The notes under the pieces: model-generated
Databases searched by the model: none
The model's input: the letters and a program-made list of their open reading frames with translations, nothing else
Told to the model about the DNA's origin: nothing
Program-made: the position numbers and the translations under genes
From: an uncultured Cellvibrionales bacterium
GTDB lineage: Bacteria > Pseudomonadota > Gammaproteobacteria > Pseudomonadales > Cellvibrionaceae
Assembly: GCA_963933095.1 (NCBI GenBank)
Contig: CAWVSV010000001.1
Location: 1-60,108, forward strand
DNA: 60,108 nt
Direction of reading: 5' to 3'
In this document: one piece after another, positions 7,890 through 19,500 of the stretch
Numbering within the stretch: the stretch's first letter is position 1
Layout: each line of letters starts with the position of its first letter

Positions 7890-8501
7890 CTATTGCGATT
7901 TTTGGAGCAGTTTTTGCGCGCTGTAAATAGACCAACCGGTATTCACTTGGTTTTTACCTTGGTGGTGCAAAACCGCTCTGGTTCGGCGCTGGCGCTGATG
8001 GTTTAGCTCTTGGTTAACAAGTGCTGATTGTTCGGTGTAAATATGCCGATCAATGCGTTGCGATTTAATACTAAGGCGTATTAATTCTGCAGAGATACTG
8101 TTGACTCGGCGCAGTGCCAATGCTTGATTGTACTCGCTTGCCCCCTCGGTACTTGTGTCGCCAATTAATTCGACTCTTACTTCAGGGTACTGACTAAGTA
8201 CGGAAACCAATTCCAAGACGGTGGCGCGTTGGTCATTTCGAATTTCGGAACGATCGAAGTCAAAGTCGATACTGAAAACCTTGTTGTCGTTAACGGTATT
8301 CCATTCGCTGCAGCCTTTAACATCAACCTGAGATTCCAATGGCGTGTTTTTGCAATAATCACGCTGGTTGATAACGCCATCTTTATCTGTGTCAGCTATA
8401 TCGTCAAAGTGGGGGCGATCGACATTGGCATCGGGAATACCAGCGCAAGCACCGAGCAATAACACAGAGGTGCCGAATAACATTTTAAAAATACTTATCA
8501 T
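7890..8501 (-). CDS. OmpA-family peptidoglycan-binding lipoprotein with a thrombospondin type-3 Ca-binding repeat
   Basis: The ATG at 8501-8499 shares one base with the TolC stop codon (TAATG). The lipobox is LLLGAC. The TSP3-like motif is DTDKDGVINQRDYC. The OmpA_C-like region reads FDFDRSEI...VELIGDTSTEGASEYNQALALRRV. An alternative upstream start lies at 8519. Confidence 0.8.
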   Translation of the reverse strand: MISIFKMLFGTSVLLLGACAGIPDANVDRPHFDDIADTDKDGVINQRDYCKNTPLESQVDVKGCSEWNTVNDNKVFSIDFDFDRSEIRNDQRATVLELVSVLSQYPEVRVELIGDTSTEGASEYNQALALRRVNSISAELIRLSIKSQRIDRHIYTEQSALVNQELNHQRQRRTRAVLHHQGKNQVNTGWSIYSAQKLLQKSQ

Positions 8502-9814
8502 TAGTCTTTCTCCTGCCATTGGTTTGGATAATCGACGCGCAGCGAATAGAGTAATGAACCGACGGCGTTATTCACGCGGTAGTTGGCATATTTGTGATCA
8601 TACTTGGCGTTGATATAGTTGCGCCGAGCTAAGAATAGTTCAACTTGGGAGTCGAGAACGTCTAATAAAGTACGGCGGCCGAGGCGGAATTGTTGAATAT
8701 ATCCGGCATTTGCCTCGGTGCTGGCATCGACATTTTCTTTATATAAATTGATTTGCTTGGCGAGAAAGTTTTTTGCATTCCAGGCTAAACGCGTACCCTC
8801 GTCAACTTGTCGGCGTGTGCGTTTGGATATAGCCATGGCCTCATGATATCGCCAGCCAGAGGCTTCTGCTCTGTGTTTGTCACGGCCCCCGTTAAATAAA
8901 TCGTACTCTAGTCGCAGCATGAGTCGAGCGTCTTCATCGGGGCCAGGGAGTCCGCCGACATTGTCATTGTCATTGACGGCAAGTTCTACCGATAGGCGCG
9001 GGTAGTAGCCGTGCTTTGCTGCTCGCTGTTCTTGTTTGGCCGCTGCAATATCGGCGCGCGCGACAAGCAGTTCAGGGTGATGATCTTTTGCTTGCTGCAA
9101 TGCTGCGTTGAGGCTTTCAGGAAGCAGGCGGCTGTCTCCTACAGGATCGATTAAGTCGCGAGCTTCGATGCCCACTTCGCCGATAAACTCGGAGCGAAGA
9201 TCAAATAGGTTATTCTCAGAGGACATTAGCGAGGCCCGAGAACTGGCAAGGCGCGCTCTAACTTGGGCAAAGTCGGACTGACTCGACAGACCTTTTTCGG
9301 TGCGTTCGCGAATATCCTCAAAAGCCTTAATATGATCACGCACATTTTGTTGTGCTAGATTCGACGTTTGTTCCGCCTTAAGTAAGTTCAGATAAATACG
9401 ACATACCCTAAGGGCGGTATTTTCGGCACTGCTAATCAGTGCAAAGCGCTCTGATGCAGCTTCTTGGCCTAGGCGTTCGACATCCGCTTGAGTTTTAAAG
9501 CCATTAAACAACAGCTGAGATACCGTTAAACCCAACTCTTGACGGTCGAGCTCGATTTGATCAAAGTCTTGACCAGAGTTGTAGTCAGTACGCTCGCGAC
9601 CATAGCCGCCGCTAACTTTTACTTGAGGGTAATAATCGCCACGCGCACTACGTTGTAAACTGTTAGCAGTTTGATAGCGTGCGTATTGTTGTAGTACGTC
9701 GGGGTTACTATCCATAGCTGTGGCTACAGCTTCTTCTAGCGTCATAGCTTGGGCGCTGCCAGCGGTTCCAAGTGCTGCCAGTGATAGGCTCGCTGCAAAA
9801 AATAATCGTCGCAT
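8501..9814 (-). CDS. TolC-family type I secretion outer-membrane duct (LapE/AggA-like)
   Basis: 437 aa. The signal peptide is MRRLFFAASLSLAALGTAGSAQA, followed by the typical TolC N-terminus (TLEEAVATAMDSNPDVL). The protein has two-repeat coiled-coil/barrel organisation. It sits in the T1SS operon. Confidence 0.9.
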   Translation of the reverse strand: MRRLFFAASLSLAALGTAGSAQAMTLEEAVATAMDSNPDVLQQYARYQTANSLQRSARGDYYPQVKVSGGYGRERTDYNSGQDFDQIELDRQELGLTVSQLLFNGFKTQADVERLGQEAASERFALISSAENTALRVCRIYLNLLKAEQTSNLAQQNVRDHIKAFEDIRERTEKGLSSQSDFAQVRARLASSRASLMSSENNLFDLRSEFIGEVGIEARDLIDPVGDSRLLPESLNAALQQAKDHHPELLVARADIAAAKQEQRAAKHGYYPRLSVELAVNDNDNVGGLPGPDEDARLMLRLEYDLFNGGRDKHRAEASGWRYHEAMAISKRTRRQVDEGTRLAWNAKNFLAKQINLYKENVDASTEANAGYIQQFRLGRRTLLDVLDSQVELFLARRNYINAKYDHKYANYRVNNAVGSLLYSLRVDYPNQWQEKD

Positions 9815-9888
9815 TTAATATCGTTCCAATCGAGTCATTTAGTTAATGTGGTTTGACTTACGTTTGAGGCAAATCTATTTGGGTCTTT

Positions 9889-11208
9889 TTAGGGCTCCCG
9901 CATCGCGGTAGCTCTGGCCCGTAATAGTGGTTTAAGCCAGTAATTTAATACGGTTTTCTTGCCGGTTAAAATGTCTACGCCCGCCTGCATTCCTGGAATG
10001 ATGGGCATGCGGTGTAAACTTGCGTCATGAGTTTTAATGTGGACTTCGTAAAACGTCACGCCTTCTGGGTCTTGCTGGGCATCGGCACTGACATAAATGA
10101 CTTCGCCTTTTAAACCACCGTAAATCACAAAGTCATAGGCGGTGAATTTTACCGTAGCTTCTAATCCTTCGCGAACAAAAGCAATGTCCTGCGGGGCTAT
10201 GCGAGTTTCAACAATAAGCTGGTCATCAATGGGCACTATTTCCATTAGCGCTTCGCCAGGTTTAATAACACCGCCAACCGAACGGGTGGCGATATTTTTA
10301 ACTTTACCGAGTATCGGTGAGCTCAGCTGGGTACGGCGTAGCTGATCTTTTAATTGTGCATGGCGTTCGGCCAGTTGGGCCAGCTGACTATCGGTTTCGG
10401 CGAGTTGAGCTTGGGCCTTGGAGCGAAAATCACGTGCGGTATTGCTGTACTCGGCGATGGCCTGTTCACGTGCTGCCAGCAGCCGTTGAGTGGCAATACG
10501 TGATGCGGCAAGCTCGCCTTTGAGGCTACTTTGTTCGCGCTGTAATTGTAGTAGCTCAACTCGCGCGACCGCGCCATTTGCTACAACCAAGCGTGTTAGC
10601 TCAACTTCTTCGTCTACTAAGAGCAGATTGTGCGACAGTGTCTGGCTGCTATTACGGCTCTCCCCAAGTGACTGCACTTGTTGTTCTACCTGCTGGCGAG
10701 TTTGCTCTAGTTGAGCCATTAATTGCTCGATACGTGCGAGGTAGCTAGCGCGGGCATTGGCGAGTGCCGCCGGTGATATATCTTTATTACTGAGTACTTG
10801 TTCTTCAATGCTAATGCGTGCGCGCCAGTCACTCTGGCTTTTGTCGATGATAATGGTGGCGAGTTCTGCGATTAGGCGAGCGCGCCTAGCATACAGCGAA
10901 GTCTGTTCTTGCTCAGCTTCTTGATAGGTTGAGCGAAAACGCGTGTCGTCCAGTTTGGCTAGCTCTGCTCCGGCCTTGACTATTTCACCCTCATGTACCT
11001 GCATTAGCTGCAGAATACCGCCCTCAAGGCTCTGAATTTTTTGTACCGCATGGGCTGGCACAACTTTTCCTTCGCCCACGACAACTTCATCTAATTGTGC
11101 CAGCGAGGCCCAGATAAAAGTGAGCACAATTAAACCGCAGACCAGCCAAACCACTGAGCGTGCTTGGTAGGCGCGTTCGAGTTGCTGCCAGTACAGCCGA
11201 CTACTCAT
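9889..11208 (-). CDS. HlyD-family type I secretion membrane-fusion protein (LapC-like)
   Basis: 439 aa with one N-terminal TM helix and a long Q/A/E/L-rich coiled coil. The C-terminal barrel motif is typical of T1SS adaptors (PGMQAGVDILTGKKTVLNYWLKPL). Its ATG overlaps the ABC transporter stop (ATGA, 11205-11208). Confidence 0.9.
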   Translation of the reverse strand: MSSRLYWQQLERAYQARSVVWLVCGLIVLTFIWASLAQLDEVVVGEGKVVPAHAVQKIQSLEGGILQLMQVHEGEIVKAGAELAKLDDTRFRSTYQEAEQEQTSLYARRARLIAELATIIIDKSQSDWRARISIEEQVLSNKDISPAALANARASYLARIEQLMAQLEQTRQQVEQQVQSLGESRNSSQTLSHNLLLVDEEVELTRLVVANGAVARVELLQLQREQSSLKGELAASRIATQRLLAAREQAIAEYSNTARDFRSKAQAQLAETDSQLAQLAERHAQLKDQLRRTQLSSPILGKVKNIATRSVGGVIKPGEALMEIVPIDDQLIVETRIAPQDIAFVREGLEATVKFTAYDFVIYGGLKGEVIYVSADAQQDPEGVTFYEVHIKTHDASLHRMPIIPGMQAGVDILTGKKTVLNYWLKPLLRARATAMREP

Positions 11209-13463
11209 GGCTGCACCTTGTTATCGGTGAACTCAGGACTGTCATCAGTTTGTTTAGAGGTGTCCTTCCGGGTAACGGTGACAGAGCGCACACGATGCTT
11301 ATTATTTCTCGGGCTGGGATCATCGCTTGGGCCGCTCAAGTTATTTGACTGCTGTTGCGCCATTATCTGTGCGGTTGGCCCGTCGGCTATAACACGACCT
11401 TTTTCCAGTACAATGACGCGGCTGCATAGCTGCAATAATTTGGGTTTGTGGCTAGCGATAATCATGCCGCAGCTTTGAGGTTGTTGTCGCAGGCCTGCCA
11501 GCACTTGGTTTTCAAGTGTGCGGTCCATAGCGCTGGTGGGCTCATCCAATAGTAGCAGAGCTGGCTGGCGTACAAGTGCTCGCGCCAGTGCGACTGACTG
11601 GCGCTGACCACCCGATAAGCAGCGGCCCAGTTCGCCCACTTGAGTCTCCAGTCCGCTGTCGAGACGATCAGCAAATAGAGCAATGCCCGAGGCCTCAATG
11701 ACTTGAGCTAGTAGTGTTTTGTCGAGTTGCGTGGCACCGAAGGCAATATTGTCCAGAACCGAGCCAAACAGCAGTTGAGGCTGTTGGCCAACCCAGCCGC
11801 ATTGTTGGCGCAGAGCATTGACTGGCCATTGTTGCGCTTCGATACCATCAAAATAGATTGCGCCGCCACTACTACGGTATTGATAGGCGAGGAGAGCCAG
11901 TAGGGTGCTTTTCCCAGCGCCGGCGCTGCCGATTAGGCCCACGCGTTCACCAGGTTTAATTTTTACCGAGATATCTTCGAGTACCGCGGATTCTTTATCG
12001 GGGTAATTAAATATTACATTGCGCAGTTCTATAGCGCCGCTGAATTCCTTCTGTTCCATGGCTTGGGCGGGGTGCTGTTCCTGAGGGGTTTGCATCACGG
12101 TTTCTAGTCCAGCAATAGCTGTGCGGGTCTGCTCATAGCGTACTAAGAGCATCGATAGCTGATTGACAGCAGAGGCGGCGCGCCCAGACAACATGACAAT
12201 AGCGATCAAGCCGCCCATTGATAATAGCCCTTCTGAGATTCGGTACACGCCGCTGGTAATTAAGCCGATGGTAACAAAATGCTGAGCGTTCATTACCGTG
12301 TAGGAGAGCGTATTAGAATAGTCTCGGCCCTTCGTCTGCCAGTCGGACAGCGCGGCTACTGTCTGCTCCCAGCGCTGTTGCGATTGTCCTTCGGCGTTGT
12401 TTTGCTTGGTGTCTTCTAACAACTGCAGTTGCTCGAACAGTATCGCTTGGCGCTGAGTCGACAGCCGAGAGCTCTCCTCAATGGTGCCCTTGAGCTTTTT
12501 TTGCACCAGCCAAGATAAACCGATCAGTGACATGATGGCTATTATCGGCACCAAAACCATGGGGCCACCAAGCCAAAAGATCAGCAGTAAAAAAAGCCCA
12601 GTAAAGGGCAGGTCTATGGCGGTGTTAAGTGTGGCGGAGGTAAGAAAGTCTCGCACACTGTCGAATTCTTGAATTTGTTTGGCGAAGGCTCCCGAGGACT
12701 GGGGCCGATTTTCCAAGGTCATACCCAGTACTTTTGAGTAGAGGATGGACGAAATCTTGACGTCTATCTGTCGCCCAGCCATATCGGTCAGGCGTGACCG
12801 AGCCTTGCGTAGCAGCCAGTCGAACACTATGGCAATGGCAACCCCAGAGGACAGTACCCACAAGGTGTCGAAGGCCTGATTGGGCACGACGCGGTCGTAT
12901 ACATTCATGGTGAATAGCGGTACGGCCAGTGCCACTATATTTATTACCAATGAGGCGATCAACAGGTCACGATACCAAGGCTTGGCTTCGATAATGGCCT
13001 GCAATAGCCAGTGCTTCTGTTTGCTGGGCGCCAGATTTTCTGAGCGGGGATCAGTGACTTTGCTCGGGGCTAACCACCACAGTGGTGCCATGATAGCGTG
13101 TTCGAAAAGATCGCGGCTCAGTTGGCACTCACTCATGTTTGCACTGGCTTGTAAAAAGGTAACATTATTGGCGGTAAGTGCGGTCACAATAACCGGTTCA
13201 GCGGCCGAGTTTTCGTCACTGCCAGGCAGATGTATCTGAGCTAGAGCCGGTAGGGTGTCGGGTTTGAGTGCTGTGACGCAGGCACGATGACTGTCAAAGC
13301 CCGCTTGAGAGGCAGCTCGAGCGAAAATGTTGGCATCCAAGCAGCCGCCAACAAGCGGCAGCCCCGCCAGCAGTTGCTGGGGATGGCGCCGCAGTCCGTA
13401 GTGCTGACTGAACCAATAGAGGCTGGAGAGCCAAGGATCATTTTTAAGTAAGGCCTTATCCAT
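11205..13463 (-). CDS. Type I secretion ABC transporter (permease/ATPase) with an N-terminal C39-like domain (LapB-like)
   Basis: 752 aa. The N-terminal ~130 aa look like a C39 peptidase-like domain, and I see no Cys in a catalytic-Cys context. A six-TM block follows. Walker A is GSAGAGKST, the signature is LSGGQRQ, and Walker B is LLLLDEPTS. A roughly 55-aa low-complexity C-terminal tail follows. Confidence 0.9.
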   Translation of the reverse strand: MDKALLKNDPWLSSLYWFSQHYGLRRHPQQLLAGLPLVGGCLDANIFARAASQAGFDSHRACVTALKPDTLPALAQIHLPGSDENSAAEPVIVTALTANNVTFLQASANMSECQLSRDLFEHAIMAPLWWLAPSKVTDPRSENLAPSKQKHWLLQAIIEAKPWYRDLLIASLVINIVALAVPLFTMNVYDRVVPNQAFDTLWVLSSGVAIAIVFDWLLRKARSRLTDMAGRQIDVKISSILYSKVLGMTLENRPQSSGAFAKQIQEFDSVRDFLTSATLNTAIDLPFTGLFLLLIFWLGGPMVLVPIIAIMSLIGLSWLVQKKLKGTIEESSRLSTQRQAILFEQLQLLEDTKQNNAEGQSQQRWEQTVAALSDWQTKGRDYSNTLSYTVMNAQHFVTIGLITSGVYRISEGLLSMGGLIAIVMLSGRAASAVNQLSMLLVRYEQTRTAIAGLETVMQTPQEQHPAQAMEQKEFSGAIELRNVIFNYPDKESAVLEDISVKIKPGERVGLIGSAGAGKSTLLALLAYQYRSSGGAIYFDGIEAQQWPVNALRQQCGWVGQQPQLLFGSVLDNIAFGATQLDKTLLAQVIEASGIALFADRLDSGLETQVGELGRCLSGGQRQSVALARALVRQPALLLLDEPTSAMDRTLENQVLAGLRQQPQSCGMIIASHKPKLLQLCSRVIVLEKGRVIADGPTAQIMAQQQSNNLSGPSDDPSPRNNKHRVRSVTVTRKDTSKQTDDSPEFTDNKVQP

Positions 13464-13506
13464 TAAAGCCGCAGTTCCTTTGTCTAATATTAAATATCAC
13501 TGTGAC

Positions 13507-16500
13507 TTATCCGGTCACAAGCAGGTTGTTGTTGATCAGTTGTTGCAAGAAATCGCTTTCGTCACTGTAGTTGGCGACAAGGTCTGACATATTTAGCCCC
13601 TCTAATGTTATTTTTTGAGTGTTTCCAATAGCGCCATCTGGACGAATACTGAACTCGGTGTTAGCGCCATTGTCGGTGACATCGATTACTGTCGAGGCTG
13701 TGGTGCCATTAGTAATACTCAACCCCGCGAGTAACCCGGTAAGATCGAGAGCATCGCTTTCTGTGTCGCTATAGCTGCCTCCGCTGGAGTTGAAATCGAT
13801 AACCGTATCTTTTGCCGGAAATAGGATGTTGCCCTGATCGCCGGCGCTCCAAGTGAAGGTGTCGGCTAAGGTACCGCCTTCATAGCGGTCGTCACCCTCG
13901 GTGCCCACCAGTGTGTTTTCTCCTGCGGCTTGAATTTTTATGTCCATGTTGATACTTGTACCGGTAACGCTGTCGTCATTCAGTGTTGAGCGACCCTCTA
14001 AGGTTAGGCTGAAATCTTTAGTGTTCGTGGCTGTTAGCAGCTCTAAGTTGGGTATATCGGCCTCTGACACAACCCATCGGCCGCCCTCACGGGCGCCAAA
14101 ATTGAAATTAAATCCGCTGGGTAGGCCATGAATGACCAGCTCGTGAATCTCATCGGGGTGGCTGTTGGTGTTTGAAATGTCCAACGATAGATCCATAGGA
14201 ATACTGAGACCATCACTGGATATCAAACCGTCGAAGCGTGATACCACCATGCCTGCATCTGGCAGCGGGGCAATATCTACACTAAGTAGGACAATCTCAG
14301 GGGTAGAGATATTATCGGTTATGGTCCCTAGCACGGTATTGCTGTCGTAACTGGATATGGCGATTTGCAAATCTAGTTGGCCCCAAGCCAGATTACCAGT
14401 TAACAAGTCGAAGCTGGCAAGCGTTGCCGCATTAGTTATCACCGCGGCCGTATATGTGCCGTCGCCATTGTCTTTAAAGCGGCTCTGTACTCCATCGGCG
14501 ATGATACGGTTGAGTTTTTCAAGTGCAGTGCTATCGGAGCTTGCCAGTGCGGTAACAGTGATTTCGACGGTTTCGTTGGGGTTGGCTACTTCCTGTGTTT
14601 CAGCGTCTAGATTGATAGTAATAGCACTGCCTTCATCGCCACTGGCGCTGGGGTCAGCGTTTAATATTTGAATGCCGTCGGCTATGGGGTATACGGCCAC
14701 AATAAAATCGGCCGTAGTGGTGACAAAGTCAGCCGTGCCTTTTTCATTGGTGATGGCCTTCAGTGTGAGCTTCAAATCACCAGAAAAATCCTCCGGTGGC
14801 TGAATTTGCAGGGAGTCTATTTGGGCTTGAGTGACAGTAAAACTGTAAGTGGCGGCGCCGCTTAAATCACCGTCTAAGACACTGCCGCCGTCTGGGCCGT
14901 TATCAGGTAATGCTTCGCCGCCGGCAAACATGATGGCCCCCTCAGGTACGCCGCTAATTTGTACGCTAATGGTCTCTGATCCGTCTTGATCTATTAAATT
15001 GGCGCAGAAACCGCTTTCGAAACTAATTAAAGAGTCTTCATCTCCTGTGGAATCAACGACGCACAATTCGGCAGAGTCAGTGATTGGCTCTAATTCGAAG
15101 TCCAAGACTACGTTTTTCACTGCAGTCGCTAGATTACTTTGCGTGCTGCCGCCAGTAGTAATATCGGTAATAGTGATCGCGGCGTCTAAGCTAACGCTGC
15201 CATCGACATGCTGGGGCGGGCGAAAGAATACCAATGCCAGTTTACTGGGGTCGCTAAGCGTGAAGGTTCCGGTGGGCGCTTCAACTAGGTGGCCAAAGGG
15301 GTCAAAAAGTGTGGCGCCACCTAAGTTGCTAAAAACCAGCTGAGTAATGGTCTCGACGCCGCGTGTTGGCTCTGTATCAGCATCACCTAGTGCCAAGTCG
15401 AAGGTTAAATTAAATAACTGATCTTCTTGGCCTATGTTCGAGTCGATTGACAGTAACGGGTCCACGACAGGAAGAACATCAATACTCATCGTTTGATTTT
15501 TAGTAATAGTGTCGCCACTAGGGTCAGTGGCAATAACCATTATGGGCAGGCTGATGTCGCCAGCGAAATCTTGGTCGTCGCGTTGGTGTATTTTGAGGTT
15601 TGTCAGTGCGCTTTCATCGAAAACCCAAGCTATAACTGAAGTGCCATCTAGGGCGTAGTGAACTTGCATGCCTGTGCCGCTGAGCCAGGCGCCTGCAATA
15701 CCGGCGCTGGATAAATCGGCTGGGGTAACACGAAAGCTTATTTGATCAGTCCCAGAGTCATCGCCGATATTACGCAACCCTATATTAATATGCTCACTGA
15801 GCGTGATCACTTCATCTTCATCGCCATCAGCAATACTGGCTTCTAAAGTGTTAGGGTCGAATGCTATTGTCATAGCGCCTGGATCAGAGAAAGCCACGTT
15901 GATTTCGGCGGTAATCACATCGGCATCGTCGACAGGGGCGTTATCAGTGCCGTCAAGAACTCTGGCTTCTACTTCCAAAATACCGGTGAATACGTTGCGG
16001 CTGTGAATTAAAATATTGTCGAACAAGCTTAGGTTTTGTTCCATTAGCGTAGCGGAAGTACTGGGGGCAGGCAGCAACCAGTTGCCATAGCCGTCATGCA
16101 GCACTTGGCGGCCGTCGGTAGATTCTACAAACCAACTGAGGGCGTCGGGCATTTTGAGTAACACGTAATCGAGTCTTTCCGAGCCATCCATATCCGCCTC
16201 GAAAAAGCCCACTTGCCCAGTTAGGTCTATGGGATTGCCGCCACTGCTATTAAGTGTGGCTGTTGACGTCTCGATTCGCGTGTCATCTTCAGTGGTAGGC
16301 TCATTTTGTTCAACTCTAGCGACGACATTAATATCGACTTTACCGTTGAATGTTTTTACGTTATCGGGGCTTAAACTGCCGTTAGTGTCGGTTACTTCAT
16401 AACTGATATCGAAGCTGAAGAAACCGTGCTGGTCGACGGGTGCTTGAAAAGTGATGCGGTCGCTGGTGAGCAGAGCCGTTAAGTCACCGCCAGCCAGAGT

Positions 16501-19500
16501 GCTTAATTTTAAGCCGCTAGCGGGCACTAATAATTCGCTGCCATCTAGGTACAAAACGCCACTAAAACCCGGCAGAATAGTGAGTTCGGTAATACTTTCA
16601 CTGCCGTCCAGATCACCCCGCGTTGGCATTAAATTGATCGGTTTGGCTTGGTCTTCAATACCGTTAGCGCCCAAACTCTGATTGTCTTTAGTGTCAATAA
16701 TGGGGGCGACATTAAAGTCAATACGCAAGTCGAATTCAGCGCGATCACCGTCGGGTTCGGTGTTTATTTGGACCAGTGTTAGCTCTACTGCGCCACTAAA
16801 GTCTTGTGGTGGCTGAAACAGTAAGTCGGCTAGTTGAGCTTGTGTGACCGAATAGACGGGGTTGTTGGCGGCGCTGGCATCAAACACGGGTAAATATATT
16901 TCACTGCCAGCGTTGTTGAAAAACTCGCTGCCTGCAGGAACACCGGATAACAGCAAACTGACTGCTTCGGAGCCATCATCATCTTCAGTGCCTGCGGTAA
17001 AATCGAGCGCGATCAGACTGTCTTCGTCGAAGTCGACGTTGGCGACAATATGCCCAGGGTTATCCGCAACATAAGTCCAGTTGTTATTTCCCCCTGGGCC
17101 TATGTCTGGATCATCGGCTACGCCTTTTAATTTGATGGTGAAGCTTTTGCTGGGGCTGAAGGCTTCTTCTAAGCCTGCGGTTGGGGCAACACCGCTTTCT
17201 GTCGCTTCCACCGATATTGCTCGCACGCTAATGCTAGGCACTTCTGTTGTTTCGCTGAGGTCTTCTTTTGGGTTAAAGGTGGCACCTGCGAGGATGTCAG
17301 CCTCGGACACACGATAAACACCGCCGCCTTCATCGATGACTTGAGCATTTTCAATAGCCCAGCCTGAGGGTAGAGTAATTTCAAACCACAGAGTTTCGGA
17401 GCCGTCGAGGTCAGCCAATAGTCCTTCAATGGCATTTTTAATTTCGATAGGGACATCTTCGGTACCGTGAATATTACGCACCAGCAAGCTTGGCATATCC
17501 GCCTCGCCGGATACCTCTACAGTGAAAATTTGCGGGATTTCCGCAGTATCTTTGTTTTCAGTTTCGGTCGATATAGCGACGGCAGTGAAGTTAAAGCTGC
17601 CGGAGAGATTGGCATTGACACTAACCTGCAGACCAGCAAATTGGCTGGTGGTCAGAACAGTGCCATCTAATATGGTCTGATCACCGTTTGTTAGGGCTAT
17701 GCCCGCGTTAATGTTTTCGATCCGATAGCTCAGTGTCTCGGAGGTATCGGTGTCAAAGAGCGTGGCTTCGGTGGGGGTCAGCGCTTCGTTTGAAGCGTCT
17801 TCTTGAATATTAAAGGTATAGATGCCGGCAGCATCCCATTGCGGCGCGTCCGCCACAGAGTTTACTTTGATGTTAAATGTGTCGTCGACATCGTAAGGGC
17901 CGGTAAAAGAGCCAACCGTCATGGTGATATCCAACTGGACGTTCACGGTCTGGTTAGATGAGTTTAGCGCCGGGGTGAATATTAAATCGCCATTAGCGGT
18001 CATCTCGCCGGGCACACCGCTGCCAGTTAACTTCAGTAGGCTATTGGGGTCACCGTTGATATATTCCAAGAAGGGGTTGCCGTTGCTGTCGAGAGGCAGA
18101 TCTATTAAACCCAGTACCGGATGGTTTAAGGTCAGGCTGGCGCCGAATAGTTGAACGTTATCAAACGTGAAAAGCTGTATTTCTTCGCCGTTATCAATAT
18201 CGCCTGCGTTTCCGGTGAGAGCAACGGTGAAAGGAATATCTTCATCGGTTGTTCTCGGTGTCACATAAATTGAGCCAATCGAGTCTTTGACGTCAAAATT
18301 AAAGCGTACGTTTTTGATGGTGTCATTGTCCAAGTCCACCATGTCAAACAGTAGATGATCGGAAAAATCGGTATCCAACAAGTTAAATACTCGATCGGTG
18401 ACAAAGGTATAGTTGCCGTTGCTTTGTAAAGAGAGAGTGCCATAGTTCAGCAATGTACCTTCGCTGAGAGTGATATCGATCGAACCACCGTCAGGTATAG
18501 CGTAATCTGTCGACTTGTAATTGACTGAGATAATACGGCCGCTGTCTTCGCCAAAATTACCGTCAGTGATTAGGTTGTTACCGCTGAGTAAATTGCCGCT
18601 ATTGGTGCTGTATTCTTCAATGACTAATGTATTATTTGAATCGTAAATAGGCTCTAGTGGCACATCATCGGTTATGTCGATTAGCCATTGAACAGTATTG
18701 GAATCATCGCTGTCAGCATCGCTCGCGTAAACGGAGAAATCGAGTTGTTTGATGTTGGTGTCGATGCTAGCGGCGGGATCCGGGTGGGTAATCGATTCGA
18801 ATAACTCAAAATTAAAGTTGCCGGTAGTGTCGGCGGTAATTTCAAAGACTTTGATGGCGCCAGCCATGCCAGTCCAGAGAAAATCGCTGGATTGGCTTAG
18901 GGTAACAGCAACCCCTTCGCTGGTAGTGAGTCCGGTAGTATTAAGTGCAAGGTTAATGGCGGTTAGTTCGTCACTGCCTTTAGCACCAAATATTTTGCCA
19001 CTTGCGAAGCTAGTGCCAGTGGCTAAATCTGCTTCATTAACACTAAGTGCGGCGGGGGTATAAAGCACAAAGTCGTGTCCATCATCAATATTTAGACTAA
19101 CGGTAGCAGTCGACGCGGTGCCGTCTGAATCAATAAAATTTAGCGCCAGATCAATAGCGGCGGTGTCGGTAATGTTGGTGATGTGGTCGATGGGACCAAG
19201 AATATCTAGCTCAACCTTGATACTAGTGCTGCCGCCAGCACTGACATTAATACTATCGGGGACGGTTACAGTGAACATGGCGCCGCCGCCTGCCTTGGAG
19301 CCACTGCTCGAATTCAGCACAGCGTCTAAGGTGCCATCGCCGTTACTACGCCATAATAGCGCTACGCCGTTACTGGTTATAAAGTTGCCGCTGGTGTCTT
19401 TTACAGCGCTGCCGTCGACGACACCGTATTGCAGCGAAACGATTTTATCGCCGCCAGCGGTAATCGATATTACGCCTTCATCGTGTTCGCTTAAGTTGCT

